From the NCBI GenBank assembly GCA_963777605.1, contig CAVZRV010000011.1:1-64000 (forward strand): DNA of 64,000 nt, read 5' to 3'. Shown piece by piece: positions 61,411 to 64,000 of the stretch (within the stretch, counting starts at the first letter, position 1; each line of letters opens with the position of its first letter). This DNA comes from an uncultured Acidobacteriota bacterium. GTDB taxonomy: Bacteria > Acidobacteriota > UBA6911 > RPQK01 > JAPXNP01. The notes under the pieces were generated by a model, which saw nothing but the letters and a program-made list of their open reading frames with translations, made no database searches and was not told the DNA's origin. The translations under genes and the position numbers were made by a program.

Positions 61411-64000
61411 CTACTTGTAGACCTCCACGGAAAACGGCGTCTGGGTGTAGGTGGTCGGATTGATTTGCGCGTAAAACGTAATGGCAAAGGAATTTGGCAC
61501 GGGCACATTATCGATCGTCATATCTGCGTTCGGGACATCCGATTCTTTGAGTTGGATCGGGTTCGAGACCCCGTGCTGTTTGATGACGATTTCCTGCCAC
61601 TTGAAGTCACCCGTTGCCGCAAGAGGCGGAGTGAGTTCGCCCACTTTCAGCCTGAGCGAGAAGGTAGAATCATTCACCTTCCATTGCGACTGGGTGACGT
61701 TCCCAAATTGGTCCTTGATCTCCCACGCCACCGCATCCTTGGCTTCAATCCAGAGGTCAAAAGTGATTCCGGGACTGTTCTCACCTGCCGGGACGGAATA
61801 GGTAACCTTGGTCTTGGAGTACGCCTTCCCCAGAATCCGCACGTCGGCGCTCTCGTCAAGATCGGCGTTGATGATCAGGAAAGTGAACTGCTCCACATCC
61901 TTGACCGGAATTCCGAGAGCGGAATCGTAGCTGTCGAGGATGAAGAGCCCATTCTCGGGAATCATTGTGCCGAGGGAGTTTTCCCGGAGGGCGTAGATTC
62001 GGATCCCTTCCTGGCCGGGCTGTCCGATATCGGCCCCGCCCCGCTGGAAACTGAACTCAACCGTGCTTTCACTTTTCCACTGCGCCGGGACGGTCAACTG
62101 AACGGCACGCATTGAAAGAGGAAGGACCCCGCGGACAGTGATCGGGTCGATTGATCCGTCCTGAGCCACGGCGGAATTCCACTGCACCACCCCGCTTCCG
62201 GTGAATCTCGAGGTGGCCAACTGGTTCGGCCCAACGACTTCGTTCGGCCGCAGAGCCAACTGGGGGCTCCTCCGATAGGATCGCTCGAATGCGTACTCGG
62301 CAAAGGCGTCGGGCAGGCTGGTGCCCTTTGCCCTCAGGAAACTGTCCAGGCCCGTCCTCATATCCTGAAGGAGGGTGGTGTTGACCGTTACCGCGTTCCC
62401 GATGCTCTCCAGCATCTCGTGCAGATAGACCAGCCCCGTCGAACGGAAATAACGCAAAGCAAGGAATCCAAAAAACTCCTGGCGTGAGTAGGGCAGTTCG
62501 ACAATCCGCCCGTCGGCGACATCGTCCAGCGGCACGTCCAGACTGTGGGCATACGGGGTCATCGAGAGGCTGGTTGTACTGATGGTGCCTCGATCCTGGT
62601 AGGTCATTCCGACGACGTCCGCCGTGCCGTCTCCGATATACGCATCGGACCTCCAGGTCTTGTTGCTGGAATCGGGAAGCCGCAATTCCCCGCCCCCGAT
62701 TCCGTACGACTGCTGCACGGCGTGGAACAGCTCGTGAGCCATCAGGTAGACGAATCCAAGGTCCCGGAGCCCCCAATCAAGATAGATGCTACCGGCCATG
62801 ACCAGCTCGTCTTCGGAGATCCCCTCGCCCCGCTGATAACTGGGGTCGCTCGCGTTGCACTTTTCGGGTTCGCAGGGAGAGTAGAAGTTGTCCCATCCCT
62901 TGTTCACGACATTGAGAACGTTTCTGAACAGGGCTCCTCCGTTGGCCCCAACCGGCTTGTTCCAAAGCCTCGGTGCCCGAAACCCAATCGACCGGTAGTA
63001 GCCCGATAGTTCCTTCATCAGGAGGGCCAACGCATTCAAACGCTCAGCCGAGAGTGTGCGACTGTGATCGACGACCTCCCAGTCGAGGGTCGTCCAATCC
63101 GCCGTCTCGCTCATGGCCCGAACCGAAGCCCGGCTGCTCGTCTCAACCACCGAGGGCGCAGCCCCTTCAGCGATCGCCATCGTCCAGCCGTCCACCAATC
63201 CAAATACGAAGGCACTGTAGGATCGACTCTCACTGTCGTAGCTTCCCGCCACGGGGATCGAGTGTCCGGTCGTCAACATCAACTTTGCTCTCAGACTCGA
63301 CGGATCGGGATTCGCCTTGGTGACAGGAATCTCCAACCTGATCACATCGCTGGAGGTGGTGATTTGCCTTCCACCTACGGAAATCTCAATGACTTCCGAG
63401 ACCGCAGTCTCGTCCGCTTCCAACAAGCCTGTGCTGTCCCCGCTTCCCAGGTGTACCGCCGAAACCTTCCCTTTGAGTGATGGCGGGAGAACCACAGCGG
63501 AGCCGCCCGGACCGGCGATGGTCAGGGAGGTTGTCGGCGGCACGGCCGACAACAAGGTCGCACTTCCGAACAGTTGCTGGGCAATCAACGCCTCGGTGGA
63601 CCGCACGTCGACATATCCACCTACCTGGCCCGCGGTCGAGGGGATGAAATCACCATCGGTCAGGAGTTTCGAAATCCGTTCGCCCGGTTGTAGGGTCAAC
63701 ACCTTCTCCCCCGTCTTCGTCCCAATCACTGAGTAAACCTGGACGGTCACGTCCGCCGGTTCCTCTCCCGGGTTGAACAGGGCCACCCCCGTAAAAAGGC
63801 CTGAGACATTCGCCACCTGGCTGAAGATCCCCCGGGTCATTGTCTCGGTCTGAAGCGGAAGCGCCGCAGCCGTCGTGAAGCTCGCCCCATCTCCGAAAAC
63901 CACGTCTCCCACCAATCCCGCCCTGTCGGCTTCGATCGTCAGCGACCCGACCGCTACCTGGCTGCCTCCGAAGCCAAAAAGACTCGAGGCATCTTCTTCC
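61411..64000 (-). CDS. Large surface/secreted protein with HEXXH metallopeptidase-like domain (5' end outside window)
   Basis: FSQVANVSGLFTGVALFNP module, beta-sandwich region, LMAHELFHAVQ; frame open to the window end. Confidence 0.75.
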   Translation of the reverse strand, partial: EEDASSLFGFGGSQVAVGSLTIEADRAGLVGDVVFGDGASFTTAAALPLQTETMTRGIFSQVANVSGLFTGVALFNPGEEPADVTVQVYSVIGTKTGEKVLTLQPGERISKLLTDGDFIPSTAGQVGGYVDVRSTEALIAQQLFGSATLLSAVPPTTSLTIAGPGGSAVVLPPSLKGKVSAVHLGSGDSTGLLEADETAVSEVIEISVGGRQITTSSDVIRLEIPVTKANPDPSSLRAKLMLTTGHSIPVAGSYDSESRSYSAFVFGLVDGWTMAIAEGAAPSVVETSSRASVRAMSETADWTTLDWEVVDHSRTLSAERLNALALLMKELSGYYRSIGFRAPRLWNKPVGANGGALFRNVLNVVNKGWDNFYSPCEPEKCNASDPSYQRGEGISEDELVMAGSIYLDWGLRDLGFVYLMAHELFHAVQQSYGIGGGELRLPDSSNKTWRSDAYIGDGTADVVGMTYQDRGTISTTSLSMTPYAHSLDVPLDDVADGRIVELPYSRQEFFGFLALRYFRSTGLVYLHEMLESIGNAVTVNTTLLQDMRTGLDSFLRAKGTSLPDAFAEYAFERSYRRSPQLALRPNEVVGPNQLATSRFTGSGVVQWNSAVAQDGSIDPITVRGVLPLSMRAVQLTVPAQWKSESTVEFSFQRGGADIGQPGQEGIRIYALRENSLGTMIPENGLFILDSYDSALGIPVKDVEQFTFLIINADLDESADVRILGKAYSKTKVTYSVPAGENSPGITFDLWIEAKDAVAWEIKDQFGNVTQSQWKVNDSTFSLRLKVGELTPPLAATGDFKWQEIVIKQHGVSNPIQLKESDVPNADMTIDNVPVPNSFAITFYAQINPTTYTQTPFSVEVYK

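Noticed and set aside
3300-62776. Many long overlapping antisense or alternate-frame ORFs (e.g. 3300-4076, 7579-8874, 9601-10782, 25561-26547, 45932-47017, 55834-56946, 57100-58005)
   Set aside because: Shadows of real genes in GC-rich DNA; Arg/Pro/Gly-rich, no motifs and no RBS.

Overview
A 64-kb, GC-rich bacterial window, probably from an acidobacterium. That assignment is inferred from an Oar-type TonB receptor, PD40 remnants, many Tat-exported Gfo/Idh/MocA and DUF1080 proteins, and an FSQVAN...FTGVALFNP surface module. (1) Two 3' fragments of tRNA-Cys (1911-1957 and 20110-20131) bracket an ~18-kb island. It carries higBA, a decayed tyrosine-recombinase fragment, an eight-gene arsenic operon (arsR-arsP-trx-arsM-acr3-arsC-arsF-arsG) with two copies of an ArsR operator, a MarR-RND-TolC-FmdE-TauE operon and a DUF5916-type gene. 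(2) A glycan-use region follows, with two GH20-like paralogues, a truncated TonB receptor, a DUF1080/Gfo/TIM-barrel trio and a CBM9-like gene, then an M28 peptidase, an APC permease, ilvB, a PocR hybrid kinase, an acetamidase and an FG-GAP lyase-like gene. (3) A three-gene unknown block led by a metallophosphoesterase sits between two decayed IS remnants. (4) A CMD/AhpD-like gene has an in-frame UGA in a CxxU motif and a SECIS-like hairpin, making it a probable selenoprotein that the ORF track splits in two. (5) Penicillin acylase, Gfo/Idh/MocA and egtB-egtD-dinB come next. (6) The window ends in an uncharacterised minus-strand module (HEXXH surface protein, membrane protein, ~1,170-aa HerA/FtsK-like ATPase, signal-less OmpA-domain protein, small 2-TM protein) that abuts a truncated zf-UBP gene. 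About a dozen single-base frameshifts in otherwise intact genes look like sequencing or assembly indels. All product calls come from recognising motifs by eye; no database search was run.
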